DNA of 64,000 nucleotides from Lama guanicoe. Lineage: Eukaryota. A program made the position numbers and the translations under genes. Below the pieces are notes generated by a model. That model made no database searches. It saw nothing but the letters and a program-made list of their open reading frames with translations, and was not told where the DNA came from. The DNA lies in assembly GCA_013239625.1 (NCBI GenBank), contig MU056898.1, positions 1,145,717 through 1,209,716 on the forward strand. The letters run 5' to 3'. This document shows, piece by piece, positions 25,040 through 35,949 of this stretch (within the stretch, counting starts at the first letter, position 1; every line of letters begins with the position of its first letter).

Positions 25040-27774
25040 ACGTTCTCCTTAAACAAATGAGAAAATGGTAAACCTCAGCAAAGAAACAGAAATTATTTTT
25101 TCTTTAAGAAAAGAACCAAACACATTATAGACCTGGAAAATACAATAACCAAAATAAACTCACTGGACAGGCCCCGCGGTAGCTGCAGGTCAGAGAGAAT
25201 TGTAAACGCAAGGGCGAATCAATGGAAACGGCCTCACCAGAGCAGTGGGGAGAGCAAACAAGAGCCGAGCGTCCGGCTCTGTGGAGGAGACGCCACGTTC
25301 ACGTACCTGGAGTCCCAGGAGGGAGGGGAAAGGTTGGGGCTGGGAAAACATCTGAAGAAATAATGACTGAAAATTTCCCAAATTTGGTGAAGGGTGTAAA
25401 ACTGCAGATTTAAGAAGTGGAGTGAGCCCCTCACAGCATAAAACCAGACATCCACACCATGACATGTGCTAATTAACCTTCTGAAAATTAAACACAAAGA
25501 TAAGATCTTGAAAGAAGCTGGAGAGAAGCACTGTGTCACCTGCGGGGAGACGGATCTGAGTGACAGCCAGTTTCTCATCTGAGACTGTGGGGCCAGAGAG
25601 AGGTGCACAACATTTTTCAAGTTCTGAGAGGAAAGAGCTGTCAGCAGTGAAAATACCCTTCGGGGATGAAAGGGAAATCAAGACGTCCTCAGACAAAGTG
25701 AAGCGAAGAGACTGTGTCACCAGCAGACCGGCCCTTAATGGAGGTCTAAGGGAGCCTTCTGGAAAAGAGGGGCACGGAGACAGAGGGAAGCTGGGACTCT
25801 CCAGAGGGAGGGGACCCGGGAGTGGGTCAGAACGGGAGAAGTGAGGCAGGCTCTGCGGACTTTCTTCTGCCTCGGGCCCGAGGCTGAAAGCCTGCAGCGT
25901 CCCGTGACGGCGGCGGTCACCAGCACAGAGAAACTCCGGAGCCGATTCCGATTTTAGAGTGGGGGGCGGGGGGCGTACGCCAGCGTCATGAGGCCGAGTT
26001 AAACGTGTGTGTTTTAATGCTCAGAGCAACCTCTAGGAAGACTGTGCAGTGCGAGGCCCTCGAGCCCACGGCAGAGTCAGGTGGAATTCTGAAGTGTGAG
26101 CAGGTAACCCACTGGAAGGCAAGAAGAAAGAAACGGAGACGGAGAACATACAGTAAAATGGCAGATTTGAACGCTAGTGAATCAGTCGTTACTTCACCGT
26201 CAGTGACCCAAGCCTCCAGTTAGAACATGCAGCCTGGCCGAGTGGACGGCAGCGCGTGACCCAGTGATATTTTATCCACAAGGGACTCAGCGTCGTCCCT
26301 AGTGGCAGAGGTAGGTTGAAAGTAAAGGAGTGAAAAGTGACGTGTCGTGCAGACGTTAATTCTCTGAAGGTGGGTGTGGCTTGTGTCAGTTACGTGACGG
26401 CAGATAAAATACTGTGACAGAGAGGGGCTTTACACAAGGGTCCGTCTGCCAGGAGGGTGCAACCATCCTAAGTGGACGTGTGCCAAACTCACGGAGCCAC
26501 GACTGGTGGAGCTGGGAGCAGAAGCAGACCCACGCGAACAGTCGGGGACCCCAACACAATCCTCTCAGCGACGGTGGAAGAGCCGAACGTCGCCGTCAGC
26601 CACCGGGACCCCGCGGGCACGGGTGGGCGCAGGCGGGGTGCTGGGCGGGGTCCCCATCCCTCCCAGGGCCACTGGAACGTTCACCAGGGTGGACCGCATC
26701 CCGGGTGGTAGGACACGTCTCAGCAGGTTCAGGACAGACAGCTCACTCCCGGAATGTTCCCTGACCCTAGGGAGCTCAGACCGGAAGCCAGTCATGGAAA
26801 AACAACAGGGCAACCGCTGAACGTTTGGAAGTTAAACCACAGCCTCTTAAATTAACAGCTGCCGCGTGGAAGAGGAGGTCTCCAGGGAGGGGAATGGCTG
26901 CGTGACCGTGAAAGGCACCTGCCAGCCCGCGGGCCGAGCTCCGAGCAGGGAGCGCCCACGCCGAGTGTGCACGTTAGAAGCGGGGGGTGTCTCTTATTTA
27001 TATTCCAGCCTCGGGAACCTGGAGAACAAGTGCAAAATAGGCCCAAAACCGGCAGAAAGAAGAAAATAAAAAAAGAGGAAACAATGAAGTTAAAGGAGAA
27101 AAACAGAGTCATTGAAGCAAAAATCTAGTGCTTTGAGAAAGCTCAGTAAAATGAACCTCTAGCCAAAACTGACAAATACACAGAGGGAGGCACGAAGTAG
27201 GGCTGCTCGGCGGGCCCTCTGGCCGATTGCGGGACACAGGGCGCCGTGACCAGCTTTCTGCTTACAGACTCATCGACTCAGGAGCAGTGGGACAACGAAC
27301 TCCTCAGAAACTGAAACCGCCAGAGCTCAGCCGAGGTGAGGCAGATCATCTGAGTCGTCTTACAGACGTTAAAGCACTGAGTTTGTAATTAAAGTGCTTC
27401 CCCGAGAAGGTGTCACCCGGCGCGTATGGTATCCGTGGAGAAGTCCAGGCATTGAAAGAATAATCAGCATCAGTTTTACTGTCTTTCCAGAAAATAGAAG
27501 AAGTTGCCAGGGTTCGGGGGCAGGCTGTCTACAGAGGGGTGGCACGAGTCAGCCTTCTCGTGGGGGCGGCTCTGTCCTGATGGCGGGGCGGTGACACGGC
27601 CTGCACGTGCCAGGGCATCGCCCGGGAGCTGGGGACTTCCAGGCTGTTCGTTCACATCGTTACCGCGGAGGGAGAGACCCAGTGGTGGGGGGTTCCTCTT
27701 CTTTTTCCTTTTCTTTTGTTTTCCTTTTTTGCAAGTTCCTGTAATTATTTCCTAAAAAGTTAAAAAAAAAAAAA
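25040..27774 (+). mobile_element. Ancient LINE-1 (L1M-type): ORF1, ORF2 start, internally deleted, 3' end with poly(A)
   Basis: ORF1-like EEIMTENFPNLVK near 25354; ORF2 start MADLN at 26158; WKLNHSLLN near 26826; L1M-type 3' end ttttgcaagttcctgtaattatttcctaaaaagtt followed by A13 (27762-27774). May be two elements. Confidence 0.82.
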
Positions 27775-28869
27775 GGCTTGCAAGCGCTCGTCCAGCTGAA
27801 GCCCTGTGGTGACGCCCTTCCTGAGACCCCCGGGTTTTCTGTGCTGTAGAGGCTTCCAGGCTCCTCCGCTGCTGGTCTGGGATTTACCACTCATTCCTCT
27901 GCCTTCCAGCGTCTCAGGGTTTTGGGCGTTTTCCCTCCGTCTTCTCTGTCCTTTCGGCAGCAGGCCCCAGGAGAAGTAAGGACGCACTCTCCTCTCATTT
28001 TAATGGCATCTCAGGGGAGGCTGCACTGAGATGCGGAGGTTGGAGCCCCGTCTCTAAGGGACCCCTTTGGTGCTTCTTCCATTTGTGTGTGTTTTACACA
28101 CCGTGGAACCCACATCATTAAACCCTGCTTCTCCACTTCACGCCGCACCCTTTCCCTTGGTCTCGCAGACTTCGTGTGAGTGTACTTTGCTCCGTTAGGC
28201 AGTTGGTTTGTCCACTTTGGGGGCTTGAGTTGCTTCACGTTTCCAGCTGTTAAGAGCAAGCCGCCGCGAGCGTCTCTGGGCACTAACTGTTGTCCGTGTT
28301 TTGATGTTTCGGGGCCTCCGAAGCCTGCCGGTGCTTGGACTGACTTGCGTCTACGATTCCGATACTTCATGGCTTTGAAAGCGAGCACAGCTCTCCTCCA
28401 GCCCCAGCGGCAGTTAGTGACGGCACCTGTGGCGCTGTGAGAGTAATTAGCCGTAGCGACTGTATCGAAGCGCTGGTGCTCACCCCGCACTTGGGTGGGC
28501 CGGGCTCTGCACCCCTGCGCGCGCTCTGCTGGCCGCCTCCTGACTTCTAACAGGAGCCCCAAGGGAAGTTTAAGAACACCTGTTTCATTGAGGCATAATT
28601 TACTCTGTGTCCCTTTTAATGTGCAGTGTCGTGAGGGTGGGGTGCGCAGGGTGGCTGTGGGAGGGGTCCCCCAGAGAAGGGGTCTACAGCAACGTGTTGT
28701 CTTCGGAGCAGCTGAAAACAACAATTAAACCAAAGGAGAGCCAGTCTGATTGTTATGTCACCGTGTTCCTTCAGGTCTAGAGCCCGTCAGCGATAAAATG
28801 CTCCTCCCACCAGGTACCTGCGCAGCCACGTCTGACACAAGTGGGCACAGAACACAGACTAGGCTACCT

Positions 28870-31800
28870 TTTGTTTTTTACTTTAAAATTATTACATGGT
28901 AAAATTGTCTTTTTGTTGGTGTACAGTTCTGTGAATTGTAGTTATTTGCCCTCTCACCAGCGCACAGAATAATTCCCTCACTTCAGAGTCGCCCTCTCGC
29001 TGTCACTTTACGATCACCTACCTGCCTACCCACAGCCCCCCGGCGACCACTCATCTGTTCTCCGTCCCTTCAGTTTTGCTTTTCCGATGACATCTGATGC
29101 ATGGAATCCCGGGCGTGTAACCTTCTGAGACTGGCTTCTCTCCCACAGCGTAGGTGAGACTCACCCAAGACGCTATCTGCACAGAATCCGTCCCCCTCTG
29201 ATCCCTGTAGCTCTCCACCGAGTTTCGAGAGCAGGAAGCGTGAGTCTTACAGCTCTGTTGTGCTTTTCCGAGGTGGTGGTGACTCCTCTGATGTCCTAAC
29301 AGTGTCAGGTCTTCCTGTCCATGAGCATGGACTGTCTCTCCATCTGTTAAGTTTTTCTTTAATTTCCTTCAGCAATCTTCCGCAGTTTTCGTTACAAATC
29401 TTACCCCGTCCTGGGTAGGATTAATTCCTGAGTACTTGGCTGGTTTTGATGCTCTTGTAAGTAGAGTTAATTTTCTTAAATTTCCTTTTCAGATTGTTCA
29501 TTGCCGGTGTATAGAGAGAGAACTGACTGTGATCTGTATTGAAGAGTGTGAGTCATTGCAGCCACAGGCTTGCCAATTTTGTTGACCTTTCGAATAACCA
29601 GGTTTGGTTTTGTCGATTTTCTTAGTTGTTTTCTAGTCTGCCATTCAGTCTCTGCTCTAACCTGTGTTATTCTTGCCTTTCTGCCGGCTTTGAGGTCAGC
29701 TTGCTCTTCTGTCTCTAGTTTCCTAAGGTGCGCAGTTAGGCTATTGATTTGAGGTCTTCCTTCCTTAGTGTGGGCATGTAAGGCCGTAAGGCCCTCCAGT
29801 GTTTTGTTTCCATTCATCTCAAGTATTGTCTGACTTCCTTGTGATTCCTTCTCTGATCTCTTGGTTGTTTGAGAGTGTGCTGTTCGGTTCTCGCACACTT
29901 GTGAGTTTTCCATCTATTACTGGGTTCTACTTCCGTCCCATTGAGTTAATTCCATGAGAGAAATAAATTTAGCTTACTAAGACTTGCTTTGCGGCCTGTC
30001 CTGGAGAACGTCCACGTGCACTTGGCCGGGGTGTGTCCCAGGCTGTCGGGTCTGACGGACAAGGTTCCCAGGCTCCCCGCTTCCTCGCTGGCCGTCTGTC
30101 AGGCTGCAGTCGCTCCTTTCCATAGCCGGCTGGTATTCCACTGACGGGCCCACCACAGCTTGGAGAAAGGCCTGTCTGCTCACTTGTTGAGGGATGTTTG
30201 CGCTGCTTTCGGCTCGGGCCAGTTGTGATGAGAACTGCCGAGGACACGCGTGCTCGGGCTGTGTGGGGACGTCGGTCTTCACTCCTCCAGGGTAGACGCC
30301 CAGGAGCGGAATTCCTAGGTCGTGTGCCGAGTGGGCGGCTGGCTTTGGGTGGGGTTGGTGGCTGCTTAGACGGAGTGTGTGAGAGTCTGGGGCCCTCTGC
30401 TTCCTTGTCAGCCCGCGGCATCGTCAGCGTTCCTGTTCTCGCCCTTCGGCCGCGTGCGGTGTCGCCCGCGGTTCTCACTGGTGCTTCCCAGATGCAGCTG
30501 GTGTTGGACGTCTCGTCATGAGATGAGCTGCTGCCGGTTCAGCCTCCCTGCTGAGGTGCCTGTTCAGATATTTTACATGTCTTTTACCCAATTGTTGTTT
30601 TTTGTTCGTTTTTAATTGTTGGATTTTGCAAGTTCTTTATGCATTTAGGGTAGGTGCTTGTCAAATGTGTGATTTGCAGATATTTTCCCTTAGTTTGTAG
30701 CTTGTTTTTCATTATCTCACCAATGTCTTTAACAAGAGTTTTTAATTTTGGTAACATCCTATTGATCAATTTTAGATGTGGAGTCTGGACAGTTCTTGCC
30801 TGGCCCTAAGTATCAAAGATGTTCTCCTGCATCTTTTCTTAAAATTTTGGTTTCACATTTTACGTTTACGTCTCTGATCTGTGTGTTCAGGTGAATTTTG
30901 TGCAAGGTGCAAGGTTTAGGTCAGTATTTACTTTTGTTTTATTTTTGTTTGAGGCTGCTCAGTTGCCTTGGCACCGTTGGCGGTAGGGGCTGCTCTCCCC
31001 TCGCCGAGTCGCTCCGGTGCCTGTGTCAGGAGTTGGCTGGGCGTATTTGTATTTGTATTTCTTGACTCTCCAGTTTGCGGAATTGATCTCAGTATTTATC
31101 TCATCCCTACTGTCTTGATTACTGTGGCCTCAGGGTAAGTTTGAAAATCTGATAGTGTGATTCCTCCAATTTCATTCTTTAAAACATTTTTTTTGTATTA
31201 TTGTTATTTTTTTCCCTTGACCGAGGAGGCACTGGGGATTGAACCAGGACCTTGTGCACGCCAAGCACATGCTCTACCCACACCTCCCTCATTCCTCTTT
31301 CTCACAATTGTTTTAACTAGTTCCTTAGACTTTTAATATTAACTTTTGAATTGATTTGTCTGCACCTACCCCCCAACCCCCAAAAAATATCCTGCTGAGA
31401 TTTTACTGGCGTTGTGTTAAGTTTACACTTGAGTTTGGGGAGAATTGACGTTCTCACTATGTTGGGGCTTCCATTAACATGGAATGTTTCTGTTCATTTA
31501 CATCTCTGAGTTCTTCCATCAGCCCTTTGTGCTTCCAGTATACAGATTCTGCACGTTTTATTAGATTTATACGTCAGTTTGTCTTCCTATATCAGGGGTA
31601 AGTTTTGTTTCATTTTTGTTTACTATTAATTGTTACCATTGCTGTTGTGTAGAAGTGACTGATTTTTGAGCTGTTCGCCTTGTCTCCTACACCTTAGCAA
31701 ACACGTATCGGTTCTGTGAACGCTGTCGTTGGTGTCTGTTCTTGGTTGGCTCCTTGGGGTTTTTCTGCGTGGTCTGCTGTGCGTCAGTTTGGTCAGTTTC

Positions 31801-33400
31801 GTGTCCCCTCCAGATGGTGTGTCTTGCTCTGCTTGAGGCTTCCACTCTGCGACTGGAGCGGAGCGGCGAGGGCGGGCGCCCCTGCCTCGCTCCTGGTCCT
31901 AGGGGAGCACCTCGTCTCACCGTGAGGAGCGACAGGACTTGTAGGTTTTCATGGCCGTTTCGGGATGGAGGAGTCTCCTTCTATTCTTGATTCCTTTTCG
32001 TGTTCTTAGCTTGTCGTGAGTAGCTGTTGTCACATCCTTTCCTTTCCTAGCCTACGTTGATGCGATCATGGGATTTTTCTGCTAAAGCCGTCAGTATGGT
32101 CGACTGCATCAGTTTATTTTTCGGGATTGAACCGGCCTGACACCACGGGGTAAACCCTCCGTGGCTGTCGTGGAGTGCTCTTGCATGTCGCTGGATTCAC
32201 CTTGCCCGTGTCCTGTTGATGATTTTGTGGTCTGTGTCCGTGAGGGTGCTGGTGTGTGGTTGTCGCGTCTGGTGCCATCGAGCCTGGCTCCGTGTGTGCG
32301 TGGGCGCTGGCCCTGTGCAGCCTGCTGGGAGGCGCACCTTCTCTCTCTGGAAGAGAGTGTGTAGGGTTGGCACCGTGTCTTCTCGAACGTCTTCTGTGAC
32401 CATTTGCACCCGTGAAGGCGTCCAGGCCCGGGTCCTTCTGCACCGAAGGGCTTCAGCAGGCCAGCCGCTCGGGGGCCGGGGAGCGTGAGGTGTGGGCTGT
32501 GCTGGGCGTGGGCGCCTGCGGGGCCCGCGCGGGAGGGAGCCCCTGTTCCCGCCGCTGCCTGCCTCCTCTGGCTTTCCCCCTTCGCCGTCTTCCGGAGGTT
32601 CCCAGGTTAGCTGGTCTCTTCAGAGAAGCGGTGCTGGGCTTCCTCCTCCTGTTTCCTCTTCTCGGCCTCACTGGCCTCTGCTCTTACGTTTTCCCTCCGT
32701 CTGCTTGCTGCGGGTGAGTTTTCCCCGTTCGCTAGTCTCTTTCGGGGGAAGCTCAGCGTGTCAACGTGAGAGCTTGTTTGCTAATGCGAGCGTCTGGGGC
32801 TGCGGGCTTTTCTCTAAGCCCTGCTTGGCTGCGGGGTTGCTGTTACTATCTTTTCAAACGTCCTGATGTTTTCCTTTCCTTACTGATACCTGGTTTAATT
32901 CTGTTATGGTCTGTGAATGAGTCTGTACAGCTTTAGTTTATTTTTTAATGTGCCACGTTTCGTTAATGCCCCAGCAAGAGGCTCTGCCTCAGAGCCTGTC
33001 TCATCCCTGCTTGAGAAGACGGTGTGTCCTGCTGCGTTTGGGTGGTCTGCTCTAGAGACTTCTGTGGGGTCTGACCAGGCGGTGGTGCCGTCAGTCTGGA
33101 ACGCTCGCTGTCTCCTGTGTCCATTCTCATTTGTACCTGAGCTGGGACTTTTCACATCTCCAGCTGACCTCGCCCATTTGCCCCTTCCTCCTCCCAGCTC
33201 CCCGTATTCTGAAGCTCTGCTTTTAGGAGCGCCCTCACTTAGGGCAGTGGGGGCTTCCTGGGGGATAACCCGCCGTGCACTGGAGTGGCCGCCCCTCGGG
33301 GTGGGGGTGAGTGCCTGCTCTGGGCTGCCCTCTGCCCGGCGTCGGTCCTGCCTGCCCTCCCTGGTTTCTCCCTTTTGTTCTGTCTCCTCTCCTGCCGGCT
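28870..33400 (-). mobile_element. Cluster of nested antisense LINE-1 fragments (L1MC/L1ME-like)
   Basis: L1MC-type 3' end at ~28880-29150. Minus ORF 29476-29913 contains QINSLTAHLRKLETEEQ...RKVNKIGKP and QSVLSLYTGNEQSEKEI (L1 ORF2). Further T-rich L1-like text continues to ~33300. Confidence 0.8.
31185..31290 (-). mobile_element. tRNA-derived SINE (camelid-type), older copy
   Basis: T-rich tail followed by ggcactggggattgaaccaggaccttgtgcacgccaagcacatgctctacc (antisense B- and A-box head). Same family as the copy at 38110. Confidence 0.8.
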
Positions 33401-34004
33401 GCTCGTCCTAGGGTGACTCTTGACTTAAGGGGAGCTTCAGGGACAGCGCAGGAGCCCCACTCCCCCCGCCTTTTCCCTCGTTGCCAACGTCTCACATTTG
33501 CTCGCGCAGATCTGTTCTCGGCGGGTCGCTGTCCGCTCGTCTGCAGCCGTGTTTGGATTCGCTGGTTTGCTTCCACGCTTGTCTGGCAGGTTTCGCGATG
33601 AGGCTGAGCTCCTGCGTTTGGGGGAGATGCTTGGGCTTTCGGAATGTGCCTTCTCATCACGTGAGGCCCCAGGGCCCGTGCCGTCACAGCTCCTGCTGTA
33701 AACAGTCAGGACGAAGACGCTTTTCCCTCCGTGCTTGGAAATCTCAGCTCAGCAGCCCGGGGGCTCGCGCGCACGCCCTGCCTTCCGCAGGACGCGCGCA
33801 GGCCAGCCCGGATCTTTGTGATCTGATGGCAGAGCTGCCCTTTGCTCCAGGCTCCAGTAGCGTGTTCACTGCCCCTGAGCCTCACCGGAGCCGCCCTTCA
33901 CGCCCTCCTTTCCAGCGCCCGCCTCGCCACCAGCCAGCCTCTACCCACCAGCCGCTGCCACCTGCCCAGCGCCCAGCTCAGGCCACCCTCACCCACCCCA
34001 CAGC

Positions 34005-34306
34005 CCGGGTACCTTAACCCACAGGCGTTCATTTTCTCAAGGTTCTGGAGGCCAGAAGTCTGAGATTGGGGTGTCGGCAAGCTCGGTCTCTTCTGAGACC
34101 CCCTCCTTGGCTTGCCGACACCGCCTTCTGCCGTGTCCTCACGAGGCAGAGGGAGCGAGCGGCAGACTGTGGTGGCTCCTTACGAGGACATGGCCCTCTC
34201 CCGACCTCATCTGACCCGCTCACCCTCAAAGACCCACCTCCAGATACCATCACACAGGGTTAGGGCTTCCACATGTGGGTCTGGGGGAGACACAGACGTT
34301 AAAGCC
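34005..34306 (-). mobile_element. MaLR LTR (MLT1A/B/C-like)
   Basis: ttctggaggccagaagtctgagat...ccttctgccgtgtcctcac...cagataccatcacacagggttagggcttccacatgtgggtctgggggagacac matches the reverse complement of MLT1 LTRs as I recall them. Confidence 0.85.
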
Positions 34307-35242
34307 TGGAGCGGGACCCCCCTCCTGGACGAGCAGCTCCGGAGCTGGTGCCGCGGGAGCACGGGCCACAGATGACCAAGGGGCAGATGAGCCAGCGGCG
34401 GCGATGTGGCTGCAGATCCCCGAGCACAGCCAGCTGGGCCTGCAGTCCCGCCTGCTCCCCGTCCAGCTGGCCCCCCAGGAATCTGGCCCCCACCCCGTTA
34501 CCCAAGTTCTGGGAAGATAGTCATTCTTCACTCAGAAGTTTCCAGGGCGTGTGGTCCACTCAGTATGAGTATTTTAGGCAAAATAAAATGCCCCTTTCCG
34601 GCCAGCTCCTCCTGGCAGGCACCCCCCTGCTTCTACTGGCTTCATCTTCTCAAGAAGTGGCCGGGACACCATCCATTTCCTGTAATACCCTCCGTGGTTA
34701 AAAAACTTGGAGTCTGTCGGTTTCAAGAAGCTTAGGGCAGACTGATTGCGTTAAACCACTGGAAGGCAGACCAGCGTGTGAGCTTTCGAGCAGACACGCA
34801 CGTCCTCGGTGAGCGAGCAGTTTTCCGGGAAACGAGGGTGCGGAGGAGGAAGCGGCCGTCCGTAAAGCCCACAGGCGCGTGCTGCTCACGTGGTGTGTCC
34901 TCGGACAGCCAGGACAGGTTCCAGCTCCCGCCTGTTGACACGTCTTCGTCCGCACACGGCTGCTTACCTGAAGTTAGCCCTGAGGACGTCTGCTCCCCAG
35001 CCTTCATTATCCGTCACGTTTGTTTTCAGAGGGGCCTTGGCAGCGGGGCGCTCACCCAGCCTGTGCCTGAGATGCAGAGCCCTTTCCCCAGGCGGCTTCC
35101 TGGAGGTGCCCACACCTGACCCTCCCGCACATGCGGGGCGCCTCTGGGTCTTCCCCCGGCAGCGCTGACCCAGCAGGTGAGGGCATCCACGCTGGCGCCT
35201 GACTGCCGGCTCTGGACCGCAGGTCCTGGGCGGGCTGCTCCC

Positions 35243-35300
35243 CTGCAGTCACTTACCCTCTGTGAGCCTCAGTTTCCCCTCTGAAAAGGGGAGATTGGAC
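35243..35300. mobile_element. MIR core fragment
   Basis: agtcacttaccctctgtgagcctcagtttcccctctgaaaagggg is the MIR core motif. Confidence 0.7.
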
Positions 35301-35949
35301 GTGAGCTGCGTGGAGGGCCCTGGGCCCTCCTGGGTGCCAGAAACGCTGCTCTGCTGATCGGCCGCGGGTCCCCATGATGCCTGGCGGACCGCGCAGTCAC
35401 CGCAGCTCCATGCCGGTCTGTGCTCCTCCATGGGACCGGGACCCCGGCTGCGGCGCAAGAGGCAGCCCTAACGCCTGCACGGGCGTTGCTGCTGTGGGTG
35501 CGGCACCAGGCCGGGGGGCAGCGGGCAGGGCTGCTGGCCCTGACCCGCCAGCCCGCTTCTGGGGGCGGAAAGCAGTCAGCGCCGGCGGCATTGCTGCAGC
35601 GTGGTCTTCACGGCTTTGCTGGCTCAGCGAAGGCTTTTCGTTTTGTAAATGTACAGCCGCGCACGTTTTCACACCCACACATGGAGGGAGACACACACGG
35701 ACACAGAGGCCCCCGCACCCCCGGGGCAGCACCGCACTCAAGGCGGTGGACGCGGCATCACCCCAAACACTTCCTCTTGCGTGACGAGGCCCCCGCCCCG
35801 CAGCCGCGCGGAGCTGGGCCGCGCCTCCCGCCCGCAGGTGAAGGGGCCGCGCGGCGCGGGTCCCGGCGCCCCTCCCTCGGACAGAGGCGCCGTCGCCCGG
35901 CGCACGCTTGCTGGCGGACACCTCGTCTCCCCAGTTTGGGGCTGTTGTC

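Noticed and set aside
18100-27774. Active or domesticated L1 endonuclease/RT gene
   Set aside because: Only isolated motifs such as SDHN and WKLN survive; frames are broken by many stops, frameshifts and insertions.
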